From: Coleofasciculus sp. B1-GNL1-01
GTDB lineage: Bacteria; Cyanobacteriota; Cyanobacteriia; Cyanobacteriales; Coleofasciculaceae
Assembly: GCA_040220235.1 (NCBI GenBank)
Contig: JAVJTO010000057.1
Strand: one strand, 5' to 3'
Length of the DNA stretch: 39,631 bases
The notes beneath the pieces were generated by a model. It had not been told where the DNA came from. It searched no databases and saw only the letters and a list, made by a program, of their open reading frames with translations. Shown here in pieces: positions 8,904 to 19,582 of the stretch. The translations under genes and the position numbers were made by a program. Position 1 is the stretch's first letter. Each line of letters begins with the position of its first letter.

Positions 8904-10550
8904 ATGACAAACATTAATAAACAAACAGCATCCATGTTAACCCGCGATGGAATTCGTCTAGATGCTGATATTTACTATCCCGATACTGATACAGACTTAC
9001 CTGTACTCCTGATGCGACAACCTTACGGAAGGGCGATCGCGTCTACGGTAGTCTATGCCCATCCCACTTGGTATGCCGCCCAGGGGTATATCGTTGTGAT
9101 TCAGGATGTACGGGGACGGGGAACCTCTGGGGGAGAGTTTCAGCTATTTGTCCACGAAGTTGCTGATGGCATTGATACCGTTAACTGGGTGTCACAGTTA
9201 CCCAGTAGCAATGGACAGGTGGGCATGTATGGCTTTTCCTATCAGGGGATGACTCAACTGTATGCAGCATCGGCACATCTGCCCGCTTTGAAAACTATTT
9301 GTCCGGCAATGATGGCGTATGATTTATATGCAGATTGGGCGTATGAAAATGGGGCATTTTGTTTACAAGCCAATTTAGCCTGGGCGGTGCAATTAGCTGC
9401 CGAAACTGCCCGATTAAAGGGTGATGCTATTGCCTATCAAATCCTCTATACTGCCTCTCGCGATTTGCCATTTTATAATCCATCCTCCAAATTTATTGAG
9501 AGTTTAAGCAAATACGCGCCGAATTCGTTTTACTATGAATGGCTAAATCATCCTCAACCTGGAGACTATTGGCAAAAACTCTCACCTAACCTTGACGGTG
9601 TAGATTTGCCGATGCTGCATATTGGTGGCTGGTTTGATCCGTATCTCCGGGGTAATCTGCGCCTCTATAAAGAAATAGCAAATCGGAGTAACTTTCCCCA
9701 ACATTTGATTGTGGGACCTTGGGCGCATCTGCCTTGGGGACGGAAAGTCGGCGCAAGAGATTATGGCATAGAGGCGGTAAGTCCTGTGGATAGGTTACAA
9801 GTGCGTTGGTTTGATCAGTTTCTTAAGGGAATTGATAGCGGATTGTTGCATCAATCGCCTGTCTATTTATTTGAAATGGGCAGTAATCAATGGCGTTATT
9901 TTGATACGTGGTTGTCAGATAATCAGCAATCCTATTGTCTTTCCAGCACGGGTTTAGCTAGTGTGCGAAACGATTCTGGGACTCTTATTCCCCAATCGGA
10001 ATCATCTGATCCATTGTCTGTCTTATCGGCTGCAACTGATGTTTTTGTTCATGATACCTGGCGTCCGGTTCCTGCCTTAGGGGGTCATGCAGCAATACCT
10101 GCGGGTTCCTTTGATCGTTCTACTCTTGATAGCCGCACTGATGTTTTAACCTATACTTCAGCCCCGTTTACTGACGATTTCTATCTAATGGGGGATGTCG
10201 CGGTAGAGGTTTTTTGCCATGCTGATCAATCAAGTTTTGATCTCTGTGCCGTGTTATCGGAAGTCTTTCCGAATGAGATCGTTTATAATTTCACTCAGGG
10301 GTATGCGACTGTAAGTCTGGGTCAAGAAACAACACCCGTTAGGATTGAACTCCAGCCAACTTGTATAAAAATTGCCAAAGGAAACGCATTACGTCTGAGT
10401 CTAAGCGCTGCTTGTTTTCCTGCGTATCCCGTGAATCCGGGAACAGGCGTATCGTCTGCTGCAATGTCCTTGATGGAGGCTCAAATCATTACACTTACGG
10501 TGAATTGTGGTGGAAACTTGACATCAAAGGTTTTGTTACCAATAACTTAA
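8904..10550 (+). CDS. CocE/NonD family alpha/beta hydrolase
   Basis: TRDGIRLDADIY.P, RQPYGR, QDVRGRGTSGG, GFSYQG nucleophile elbow, GGWFD, GPWAH. Confidence 0.93.
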   Translation: MTNINKQTASMLTRDGIRLDADIYYPDTDTDLPVLLMRQPYGRAIASTVVYAHPTWYAAQGYIVVIQDVRGRGTSGGEFQLFVHEVADGIDTVNWVSQLPSSNGQVGMYGFSYQGMTQLYAASAHLPALKTICPAMMAYDLYADWAYENGAFCLQANLAWAVQLAAETARLKGDAIAYQILYTASRDLPFYNPSSKFIESLSKYAPNSFYYEWLNHPQPGDYWQKLSPNLDGVDLPMLHIGGWFDPYLRGNLRLYKEIANRSNFPQHLIVGPWAHLPWGRKVGARDYGIEAVSPVDRLQVRWFDQFLKGIDSGLLHQSPVYLFEMGSNQWRYFDTWLSDNQQSYCLSSTGLASVRNDSGTLIPQSESSDPLSVLSAATDVFVHDTWRPVPALGGHAAIPAGSFDRSTLDSRTDVLTYTSAPFTDDFYLMGDVAVEVFCHADQSSFDLCAVLSEVFPNEIVYNFTQGYATVSLGQETTPVRIELQPTCIKIAKGNALRLSLSAACFPAYPVNPGTGVSSAAMSLMEAQIITLTVNCGGNLTSKVLLPIT

Positions 10551-11285
10551 GTTTATCTTATGACATTTGGCTTGATTGATTGGACAAGGAAAGAATGAAA
10601 ATCAGCCTTCAGAAAGGATTATACGCTCTAGAATCTCAACTCTTAAACCTGTCTTAAGCTGTTGCCTATTCCGGCTTTTAAGTGCTAAAGAGTATAAATA
10701 CTCAGCACCAAGCTAATATTATACCTTATACAATTAAAAATGAGCTAAATAATCCAGATAAAGGGATGCTTAAATCAGTTGCTGATAAGGATAAAAAACT
10801 AGGTACAATGAGAGAAGTGATCGAGTTCCTTTAGATGTTTGGTTTAACTCTACTATCTATCTAGCGAGAACTTTTACAACGCTAAGATCCTGACATAAAG
10901 CCTGCACTCCTGTCGTTTTTGCGTTAGCCCGGATAAATTTCCGAACGAGTCTGACTATCAAACTAGTAGCCCAAGGGCAAGGACTGCACCTATAACCGAC
11001 AATTAGCATCAAAGCTTATCGTGGCAAATCAAACGCCGACGACGAACAGCACCTAGCTCAATGTCTAGCGCTCAAGGTCTAACACGGATGTGATACAAGA
11101 AAACTAGAACTAAAGGATCATCGAGAACAACCGAACCGAGGCTAACACACCTTTGCCTAGACTATCCTCAACTTGCTGAGAACTCTAGTCAATTGCTGAC
11201 GATGAAAACACCTCCTTCAGCAGGGTGTAACTTGACCAACCCTTCCCCCAAGCTAAACCCAGTCAATAGTTTTGACGTTTGACCA

Positions 11286-14200
11286 ATGATGAACAAATCA
11301 CCCTTTCTAGAAACGACCTCCCAAGATAATGACCAGCAACCGTTGGCACAGCCTCATAAGTCTTGGCGTCCCCGTCATTTTCTAGTTTGGGTGGTAGTGG
11401 GTCTAACCACGGTGGCGATTGGCGCTGTCGCCACAGTCAGCTATTTTGGAGTGCGCCAGCTAATCCTAGAAAACATCAAGCAAAACGCGCTCAATTCAGT
11501 GCAAGCCGAAGCCAGTGAAATCGATCGCTGGCTAGCCACGCGCAAGGCTGAAGTCGAAACCATCGCCAGTACCCCAATTCTGCGATCAATGGATTGGTCG
11601 CAAATTAAACCGTACTTGCAACGAGAAGTCCAACGCAGCCGGAATTTTACCTCCTTTGCCCTGATCAGGGCGGATGGGACATTTCAAAGCAGCAATGAAG
11701 GACAGGGAAATGTTCAAGATCGCCAACATTTCCAACAGGCGATGGCGGGAAAAGTCTATGTCTCTGATCCCCTAATCAGTCGGGCGACCGAATTACCGAT
11801 TATTGCCATTGCCGCGCCGATTCTAGCACTTCCCCCCCAACCGCCTCGACCCATCGGTACAACGGTTGGTGCGATCGAGATGGAGCGCGTGAAAGAAGTT
11901 GTCGAAAACATATCCCATGGCAAGGGTAGCTATGCCTTTGCCCTCAACTCTAGAGGCGTGCCGATTGTTTATCCAGAGGAAAAACCCTTAGGAACTGAAA
12001 GAAAACCTGATTCCAGTTTACTGGAGTCAACCGAACCGGATCTAGCCGCGATCGCTAGCCAGATGGTGAACAAAGAACAGGGAATCCAACAGGCAAACCT
12101 CTTCGGGGCATCCGTTTACGTGGCGTATGTCCACCTAGAAGAGGCAAACTGGTCGATTGCCTTAGTCATGAACGATGAGAAAATAGAAAGTCCGATCTGG
12201 TCACTCAACTTGCTGGCTATCGTTCTGGTTGCCCTCTTGTTCGTTGCCATATTTTTCATTAGGCGACAGGTGAAACTCTTTGAGATGACACGGGCTAAAG
12301 CCGCCAAAGAAGCATTGCTCAACCGTTTGACCAATCGCATTCATTCCTCACTCGACCTGGATCGCACCTTACCCGCTACCTTAGAAGAATTGACATCGCT
12401 GCTGGGGTTAGAACGAGTCATTTTCGGGTGGTTGCTCGACAATCAGACGTTAAGAATTGCATATATGTACACGGAGGAGGGTTTATCGAGCGAATGTAGA
12501 CAGTTAAAGATAGCGACGTCCGGTAACTTAGAAACTCAGTTACGCAAGGGTGAGACCGTTAATTTCAAAGTATCCACGATCAATGGTCAATCTGATAATG
12601 CAGGTAATGCAGGGTTAGAAAACACCCCAGATAACCCTTTCTCGTCTCATCCTGCTACCTCTTCAGAGGAAACCTATATCCTAGAAAATGGTCACTATTC
12701 AGCAATTCCCATCCGTCCTCAAACCGGACCCTTGGGCTATTTAATCTGTATCCACACCACCAGTTGGTCGTGGAGTCCCAGCGACATCGAACTCTTAGAA
12801 GCAATTTCTAAACAAATTGGCAGTGCTTGCACCCAATCCCATCTCTACACTAAAACCCAAGATCAAATTCAACTCCTTGACAATACCTTAGACTCATTAG
12901 AGCGAGAACGCCGACAACTGCAACAAGTCATTACCAGTGCGCCGATGGCAATGGCAATGTTTGATAACGAAATGCGCTATATGGCTCATTCCCAAAAGTG
13001 GCTCACGGTGCAAGGGCTTGAGGGAGAATCCATCATTGGTCGCTGCCATTACGACGTCATCCCAGATGTACCGGAACACTGGAAACAGATTCATCAACGG
13101 GCACTCACCGGGCAAGTGATCACCAACCCAGAAGATGTCTGGGAACGTAGCGATGGTTCTATCGTTTACATGCGCTGGGCAATTAACCCCTGGTACACTT
13201 CTGATGGTCAAGTGGGTGGGATTGTCATTGCCACCGACCAGATTAACGAATTAGTCGAAGCTAGAGAAGCGGCATTGGAAGCGGTACGGTTTAAGTCCAA
13301 GTTTCTGGCAAACATGAGTCATGAAATTCGCACACCGATGAATGGCGTCTTGGGCATGGTGGGACTCCTATTACAGACTCAACTCACGTCTCGACAACGA
13401 GACTATGCCCAAACAATTCGCCGTAGTGCTGACCATTTACTGACCATCATCAACGATATCCTGGATTTCTCCAAACTAGAAGCTGGAGAAATGGAACTGG
13501 AAACCATTGAGTTTGACCTGGATGGCTGCATCGAATCGGTTCTTGATGTGCTAGCGACTCAAGCCGAAGCGAAGAACCTAGAATTAGCCACCTTAGTTGA
13601 CCGCCAAGTCCCCCGACAACTCAAAGGTGATCCGGCTAGACTGCGACAGGTTCTGTTAAATCTGGCGAACAATGCAATCAAATTTACACCCCAAGGGGAA
13701 GTGGTTATCCATGTCACCTTAGAAACCGCTACCTCCAAAAATGCCACGCTCCACTTTGCCGTGTCCGATACAGGAGTGGGCATTTCCCCGGAAGGGCAAG
13801 AAAAACTCTTCCAATCCTTTTCCCAAGTTGATAACTCCACCACTCGTCAATATGGTGGCACAGGCTTAGGGCTAGCTATCTGCAAACAGTTGGTCGATTT
13901 GATGGGCGGCGAAATCGGCGTGGAAAGTCAGGTGGGTCAAGGTTCCACGTTCTGGTTTACGGCAAAATTTGACACCCAAACCAACGCTGAATCCCCCACC
14001 ACTCCCTTTGCCCTCACCCATCTTAAATTGTTGATTGTTTCCGAAAGTCGCACCACCCGCCAATCGGTGCGTTACTTAGTCAATGCCTGGGGAATTGGGA
14101 TTGATGAAGCCAACTCCGCAGAACTGTCCCTAGATGCCCTGCGGCAAGCCGCTAGACTTGACCAGCCTTATGATGTGGTGATCTGTGATTGGCAACTGCC

Positions 14201-15326
14201 CCAAATTGAGGATGGGTCCCTGATTCAAACCATTCGCTCTGATTCAGCGTTGAGCCACACCAAAGCTGTGGTGATGACGCCGATGAATCAACGAGATCAA
14301 GTCGAACAATTACTATCTGTGGGAGCGGCGAGTTATTTGCTCAAGCCAGTGAGAGCCTCACGGCTATTTGATAGTTTAATGGCGGCTGTAGCACCCGAAA
14401 TGATTAAAGAACAGCAGGAGGAAGAACTAGCACAACATACAACGACTGGAGATTTTCCTCATAAACAACCTGCGACTCCTCTGAATATCCTCTTAGCTGA
14501 AGATCATCCCATCAATCAACAAGTTATTCTTAATCAGTTACAGATGTTGGGTTATGACGCCGACTGCGCTCCCAATGGTCAAGTTGTCCTGGAATTAGTC
14601 GAGGAAAAATCCTACGATATCATTCTCATGGACTGTCAGATGCCTGTTCTGGATGGCTATGCGACTACCACTAAATTGATTGAGCGTTACGGTAGCACTC
14701 ATCCGGTTATTATTGCTCTAACCGCTCATGCGTTTCCCGAAGACCGAGAACGATGTTCGGCAGTTGGTATGGATGACTATATCAGCAAACCTGTTGATGA
14801 GGAAATGTTGAGCGAACGGTTAGAGTATTGGGCAACCCAGATTAGACATGATGAAGACAAAGGGCAAATAGTAGAAGGAAACGAGAAGGCAGAGGACAAG
14901 GGGCAAATGGTAGAAGAAAACGAGAAGGCAGAGGACAAAGGGCAGATGGCAGAGGGTAAGGAAGACATTAACTCAACCCTCAACGCTTCCCCAATTAACT
15001 GGGAACACCTCCAGCGTGTCACCCTCGGTAAAAAATCGGCTCAAGAACGACTCTTGCACGCTTTTATCGAACATGCGGAAGCCGATTTAAAAGATATCCA
15101 AACCGGAATTGCGGCTGAAGATTATGAACAAATCTATGCCAAAGCCCATCGGTTGAGAGGATCAAGTGCAAATTTAGGCATGGAGGCGATCGCAGAGTTA
15201 GCCGCCCAAGTCGAAAACCATGGACGTTCCGGTTCTCTAGCCGCTATCCAGGAAAACGTTGGCGAGTTAGAACAACACCTGACTACAGTTTGCGAATACA
15301 TCCGTAACATGAATGGTCAATCATGA
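11286..15326 (+). CDS. Hybrid sensor histidine kinase (TM-dCache-TM-GAF-PAS-HisKA-HATPase-REC-REC-Hpt)
   Basis: FLANMSHEIRTPMNG, NAIKFT, DTGVGI, GGTGLGL, ICDWQLP, LMDCQMP, Hpt AHRLRGSS; two TM helices around a Cache-like region. Confidence 0.95.
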   Translation: MMNKSPFLETTSQDNDQQPLAQPHKSWRPRHFLVWVVVGLTTVAIGAVATVSYFGVRQLILENIKQNALNSVQAEASEIDRWLATRKAEVETIASTPILRSMDWSQIKPYLQREVQRSRNFTSFALIRADGTFQSSNEGQGNVQDRQHFQQAMAGKVYVSDPLISRATELPIIAIAAPILALPPQPPRPIGTTVGAIEMERVKEVVENISHGKGSYAFALNSRGVPIVYPEEKPLGTERKPDSSLLESTEPDLAAIASQMVNKEQGIQQANLFGASVYVAYVHLEEANWSIALVMNDEKIESPIWSLNLLAIVLVALLFVAIFFIRRQVKLFEMTRAKAAKEALLNRLTNRIHSSLDLDRTLPATLEELTSLLGLERVIFGWLLDNQTLRIAYMYTEEGLSSECRQLKIATSGNLETQLRKGETVNFKVSTINGQSDNAGNAGLENTPDNPFSSHPATSSEETYILENGHYSAIPIRPQTGPLGYLICIHTTSWSWSPSDIELLEAISKQIGSACTQSHLYTKTQDQIQLLDNTLDSLERERRQLQQVITSAPMAMAMFDNEMRYMAHSQKWLTVQGLEGESIIGRCHYDVIPDVPEHWKQIHQRALTGQVITNPEDVWERSDGSIVYMRWAINPWYTSDGQVGGIVIATDQINELVEAREAALEAVRFKSKFLANMSHEIRTPMNGVLGMVGLLLQTQLTSRQRDYAQTIRRSADHLLTIINDILDFSKLEAGEMELETIEFDLDGCIESVLDVLATQAEAKNLELATLVDRQVPRQLKGDPARLRQVLLNLANNAIKFTPQGEVVIHVTLETATSKNATLHFAVSDTGVGISPEGQEKLFQSFSQVDNSTTRQYGGTGLGLAICKQLVDLMGGEIGVESQVGQGSTFWFTAKFDTQTNAESPTTPFALTHLKLLIVSESRTTRQSVRYLVNAWGIGIDEANSAELSLDALRQAARLDQPYDVVICDWQLPQIEDGSLIQTIRSDSALSHTKAVVMTPMNQRDQVEQLLSVGAASYLLKPVRASRLFDSLMAAVAPEMIKEQQEEELAQHTTTGDFPHKQPATPLNILLAEDHPINQQVILNQLQMLGYDADCAPNGQVVLELVEEKSYDIILMDCQMPVLDGYATTTKLIERYGSTHPVIIALTAHAFPEDRERCSAVGMDDYISKPVDEEMLSERLEYWATQIRHDEDKGQIVEGNEKAEDKGQMVEENEKAEDKGQMAEGKEDINSTLNASPINWEHLQRVTLGKKSAQERLLHAFIEHAEADLKDIQTGIAAEDYEQIYAKAHRLRGSSANLGMEAIAELAAQVENHGRSGSLAAIQENVGELEQHLTTVCEYIRNMNGQS

Positions 15327-15327
15327 A

Positions 15328-15375
15328 TTCCCTGTTCCTTATTCCCTATTCCCTATTGCCCATTGCCCATTGCCC
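15328..15375 (+). repeat. Heptamer tandem repeat (TTCCCTA/TTGCCCA)
   Basis: ttccctgttccttattccctattccctattgcccattgcccattgccc. Confidence 0.8.
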
Positions 15376-15393
15376 ATTTCCTAACAAATAACC

Positions 15394-16662
15394 ATGGCAA
15401 AAATCCTCGCTGTTGATGATGATATAACCGTACAAATTATTCTCCAAGAGTTGTTAGAGAGTGAAGGTCATGACGTTCTGCTAGCGGATGATGGAGAAGC
15501 GGCACTCCAAAAAACCCAAGAATTTCAACCTGATTTAATCATCTGCGATTGGATGATGCCAAAACTCGATGGCTTAGAACTGTGCCGTCGGATCAAGGCA
15601 GATCCACAATTAGCCACCATTTTTTTAATTCTAATCACGATCCGTGAACAAGTTGCCGATCGCGTCCAAGGGTTAGATTCGGGGGCGGATGATTTTCTCT
15701 CAAAACCCATTGAACCCAGTGAATTGCAAGCCAGGGTTCGTTCGGGATTGCGGCTGCGTCAATTAAACCAACAACTCTCACAAGCCCTCCACCATCTCAA
15801 GCAAACTCAATCTCAATTAATTCAGAGTGAAAAAATGTCCAGCTTGGGTCAGATGATCGCTGGAATTGCCCATGAAATTAATAACCCCGTTACCTTCATT
15901 CATGGCAACTTATCCCACATTGAGGATTATACCCAAGACTTGTTAGATCTAGTTGAATGCTATCAACAGGAGTATCCCAATCCTAGCCCTCATCTACAAA
16001 ACAAAATAACCCATGTAAATCTTGACTTTTTGAGTCAAGATTTTCCCAAAGTATTGGTTTCGATGAAAGTGGGTACTGAACGCTTGCGAGAACTGGTGTT
16101 ATCCTTGCGGAAATTTTCCCGGCTCGATGAAGCTGAACGGAAACCCGTAGATCTTCATGAAGGAATAGAAAGCGCTCTTTTTCTAGTCCAACATCGCTTA
16201 ACCACTTCCGCCAGACAGCCCGGAATTCAAATCATCAAAGAATACGGCGAACTTCCTCCATTTGAATGCCATCCAGGACAACTAAATCAGGTTTTTCTCC
16301 ACATTCTTAATAATGCTATTGATGCTTTAGAAATAAAGAAAGAGAAAGAGATAGAAAAAAATTATTCACCTCAAACTATTCCAACTATTAAAATTAAAAC
16401 AACTTTGCAAAACAACTATCAAGTAATTATTTGCATTATCGATAATGGAATTGGCATAGCCGACAGTGTAAAACCTCGAATATTTGATCCATTTTTTACG
16501 ACAAAACCTGTCGGTCAAGGCAGAGGATTAGGGCTATCCATTACCCATCAAATCGTGGTGAAGCAACATGGCGGTGAGTTGGAGTGTATGTCTCAACTGA
16601 ATGTCGGAACTGAGATGATTATTAAACTTCCGTTTAAAAAGTGTTTATTAAATGCCGATTAA
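15394..16662 (+). CDS. Receiver-histidine kinase hybrid (REC-HisKA-HATPase)
   Basis: ILAVDDD, ICDWMMP, AGIAHEINNP, DNGIGI, FFTTKPVGQGRGLGL. Confidence 0.93.
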   Translation: MAKILAVDDDITVQIILQELLESEGHDVLLADDGEAALQKTQEFQPDLIICDWMMPKLDGLELCRRIKADPQLATIFLILITIREQVADRVQGLDSGADDFLSKPIEPSELQARVRSGLRLRQLNQQLSQALHHLKQTQSQLIQSEKMSSLGQMIAGIAHEINNPVTFIHGNLSHIEDYTQDLLDLVECYQQEYPNPSPHLQNKITHVNLDFLSQDFPKVLVSMKVGTERLRELVLSLRKFSRLDEAERKPVDLHEGIESALFLVQHRLTTSARQPGIQIIKEYGELPPFECHPGQLNQVFLHILNNAIDALEIKKEKEIEKNYSPQTIPTIKIKTTLQNNYQVIICIIDNGIGIADSVKPRIFDPFFTTKPVGQGRGLGLSITHQIVVKQHGGELECMSQLNVGTEMIIKLPFKKCLLNAD

Positions 16663-18973
16663 CGCTTTGCACTAACGTGTCTTTTTTTGTTGTTAGTATT
16701 CTAGGGATTTTAATAATAAATTCACTGCCTTGACCTAAAGCCGAACTACAGCTAATTTCGCCCTTGTGTTTTTCAACTACAATCTGATGACTTACAGCTA
16801 ATCCTAACCCCGTGCCTTTTCCTACAGGTTTTGTGGTGAAAAACGGCTCAAAGATATGCTGACTTACCTTGTCACTCATACCAATTCCGTTATCTTTAAT
16901 CCGAATTATGATAGATGAAGGCAGTGTAGAGTGAGGATTAGAGAGTTCAGTTTGGATGGTAATTGACCGAGTTTTTGGTTGATAGTCTAAAGCTTCAATT
17001 GCATTATCAAAGATATTGAAAAAGACCTGGTTTAGCAGACTGGCATAACAAGTAACTGGCGGAAGTTGACCATAATGCTTAATCACTTTAATTTCTGGGC
17101 GATTGCCTTCAGATCTAAGTCTAGACTGTAAGATAAATAGGGTATTGTCAATACATTCATGAATATCAACGGGTTTTAAATGGGCTTCATCCAATTTGGA
17201 AAAGCTTTTAAGCGATCGCACAATTTTCTCGATGCGTACAATGCCAATTTCCATAGATTGGATCAGCTTATGCCAATCTTCAACCAGAAACTCTAAATCA
17301 ATTTCCTTACTCAGTTGATGAATCTCCGCCGTGGGTTCGGGATAGGTTTTTTGGTACAGTTGTACAAGTTTTAATAGATCTTGGAAATAGGCGCGGGCAT
17401 AGGTAATATTGCCGTAGATAAAATTAGCGGGGTTGTTAATTTCATGGGCGATCCCTCCAACGATTCGTCCTAAACTAGACATTTTCTCGGTTTGGATTAG
17501 CTGGGCTTGGGTGCGTTTTAATTGTTTTAGGGTTGCTTGTAGCGCCTGGGCTTTTTGTCGTTCTCGGGTTTCTGATTGTCGTAATGCAAGTTCGATTTGT
17601 TTGCGATCGCTAATATCAATCGCTGCACCTAGGGTTTGTCGAGTTGTCCCGTCTGTATTCTTTTTAAACACCGTTTCTTGGGAAAATAACCAACGCCATT
17701 CCCCATTTTTGTGGCGCATCCGATACTCTAACTCAAACACATCACCGATCTGGGCATATTTAATCCGGCGTTGATGATCCCAAATGATGTCCAAATCATC
17801 CGGGTGCATCAGCATCGAGAGAACTTGGTTCCCCATGTCTTGAATTTCTGCGGGGGTATAGCCTAAAATTTCATAGATTTCTCGATTGGTATAGACATTG
17901 CGTCTTTCTACCCAATCATGAACATAGATAATATTCGGATTCGCCTCATTAATTGCCTTTAACCAGCGCTGGGACTCTTGCAAGGCTTGTTCAAGTTGTT
18001 GGCGTTCAATTCCCACCGCGATTTCATTGGTAATAGAGGCTAAGGTATCCAGGGTGGTTTGACTGAAAGGATGACGGGAAAACAGTACCATCACGCCCAC
18101 AAGTTCCGCTTCCACAATCAGGGGATAACCTGCAAAAGATAGGATTCCTTCCCGTCTTGCCCATTCGGGATCACTGATGTTGGGATCATTAGCGATATCA
18201 TTACTCACGTAAGGTTGGCGTTGACTGGCAATGTAACCAATGATTGAATCACCCACTGAGACTTGAGCGTGAGTCCCGTCAGTATGGGTGTATAATCCTG
18301 CTGAAGCTTGCAACTCCAGGATATTGTCCTGTGAGTTTAGCGTCCAAATTTGGGCAAATTTGATATCTAAATGTTCCACTAATGCTTGAGTACAGCGAAA
18401 CAGCATCGCCGATAACTCAGTTTCCTGACTTAAGGCTAATCCGATATCGGAACGCAAGGCTAACCGTCGCGTTTGTGCGGCTAACGCGGCTTCTGCTTGT
18501 TGGCGATCGCGAATTTCTTGTTGCAGTCGGATATTCTGTTGTTGCAGTTGCAGGGTTAAGAAACGGAGATGCAGGTGAGTCTTAATCCGGGCTAATACCT
18601 CATCGACTTGAATCGGTTTAGTGATGTAATCAACCGCCCCTAACGATAAGCCTTTGACTTTCGCCTCAGAATTCGATGTATCCATTGCTGCGGTCATAAA
18701 AATGACCGGGATATCTTTGGTTTTCTCCCAGGTTTTGAGATGACGGCAAGTTTCAAATCCATCCATTTCTGGCATTATGACATCCAGTATTATCAGATCT
18801 GGAGTTAGCTGTTCTAAAAGTTTCAAGCCTTTGATACCACTCTTGGCAATTCGCACTTCATAGCCAGTATTTCGTAAACAGTCTGAAATCGGTTTCAGAT
18901 TTTCGACCCGATCGTCAATCAGCAAAATTTTTGCCTGTCTATAAAAATCTTGGGTATTTTCATTGATAGCCAT
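16634..18973 (-). CDS. Hybrid histidine kinase (REC-GAF-PAS-HisKA-HATPase)
   Basis: ILLIDD, ILDVIMP, GAF (FAGYPLIV), PAS (HPDD...EYRMRHKNGEWRW), GIAHEINNP, GKGTGLGL; ATG 18973 preferred as start. Confidence 0.93.
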   Translation of the reverse strand: MAINENTQDFYRQAKILLIDDRVENLKPISDCLRNTGYEVRIAKSGIKGLKLLEQLTPDLIILDVIMPEMDGFETCRHLKTWEKTKDIPVIFMTAAMDTSNSEAKVKGLSLGAVDYITKPIQVDEVLARIKTHLHLRFLTLQLQQQNIRLQQEIRDRQQAEAALAAQTRRLALRSDIGLALSQETELSAMLFRCTQALVEHLDIKFAQIWTLNSQDNILELQASAGLYTHTDGTHAQVSVGDSIIGYIASQRQPYVSNDIANDPNISDPEWARREGILSFAGYPLIVEAELVGVMVLFSRHPFSQTTLDTLASITNEIAVGIERQQLEQALQESQRWLKAINEANPNIIYVHDWVERRNVYTNREIYEILGYTPAEIQDMGNQVLSMLMHPDDLDIIWDHQRRIKYAQIGDVFELEYRMRHKNGEWRWLFSQETVFKKNTDGTTRQTLGAAIDISDRKQIELALRQSETRERQKAQALQATLKQLKRTQAQLIQTEKMSSLGRIVGGIAHEINNPANFIYGNITYARAYFQDLLKLVQLYQKTYPEPTAEIHQLSKEIDLEFLVEDWHKLIQSMEIGIVRIEKIVRSLKSFSKLDEAHLKPVDIHECIDNTLFILQSRLRSEGNRPEIKVIKHYGQLPPVTCYASLLNQVFFNIFDNAIEALDYQPKTRSITIQTELSNPHSTLPSSIIIRIKDNGIGMSDKVSQHIFEPFFTTKPVGKGTGLGLAVSHQIVVEKHKGEISCSSALGQGSEFIIKIPRILTTKKDTLVQSVNRHLINTF

Positions 18974-19582
18974 GAACCTGTTTTGAGTATTTGCCGCCAA
19001 CTGTTTGTTGCATTTGATTGTATTTAGCTTTTCTGAATACCAAATAATATGGACTTGCTACGAGAAGAACTCTGGCAACTATGGGAATAATAAATATAAC
19101 CTAATTTATTTAGGTTATAGCAATTCTCCAAAGTTGTCAAGACAAAAATAATGACCTCAAAATATGACATTTCTGACCTTCATGGAAATAAATACCTTAC
19201 CTTTCTAACCTTTTCATCGGAGTCGAACATGATATATTGATAGACGTATGGCAGATTAAAAGTATCAGCCTTAAAATTCAGGCTGACTATACAGACGACA
19301 CCAATAATTAGCTCGATCGTTGTCTGGATACTGAAAGGGTAACTAACTATTACATTATCGCTTCCAATTGCTTGCTTTGTATTGAATACCCCGTTCGGAT
19401 GAAGTAGTCGGATGGGGTCTGTGTGAACACAGTTTAATTCCCTTTGAATCAAGGTTAAAGGTATGTTTCTGTTCCGATTGGGACAGAAACCCAGAAATGT
19501 GTGCATTAATTAAATAAAATTAACCGCTCAAAGGGGCTTACTAAATACTATCGAACAATTTCACCTAGCCTTGCAATTTGTC

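Noticed and set aside
11196..11210. Hammerhead-like CTGACGA-T-GAAA
   Set aside because: No stem II between the core boxes and no flanking stems
19180..19506. 108-aa minus-strand ORF
   Set aside because: No RBS or recognisable motif; likely a chance ORF in intergenic DNA
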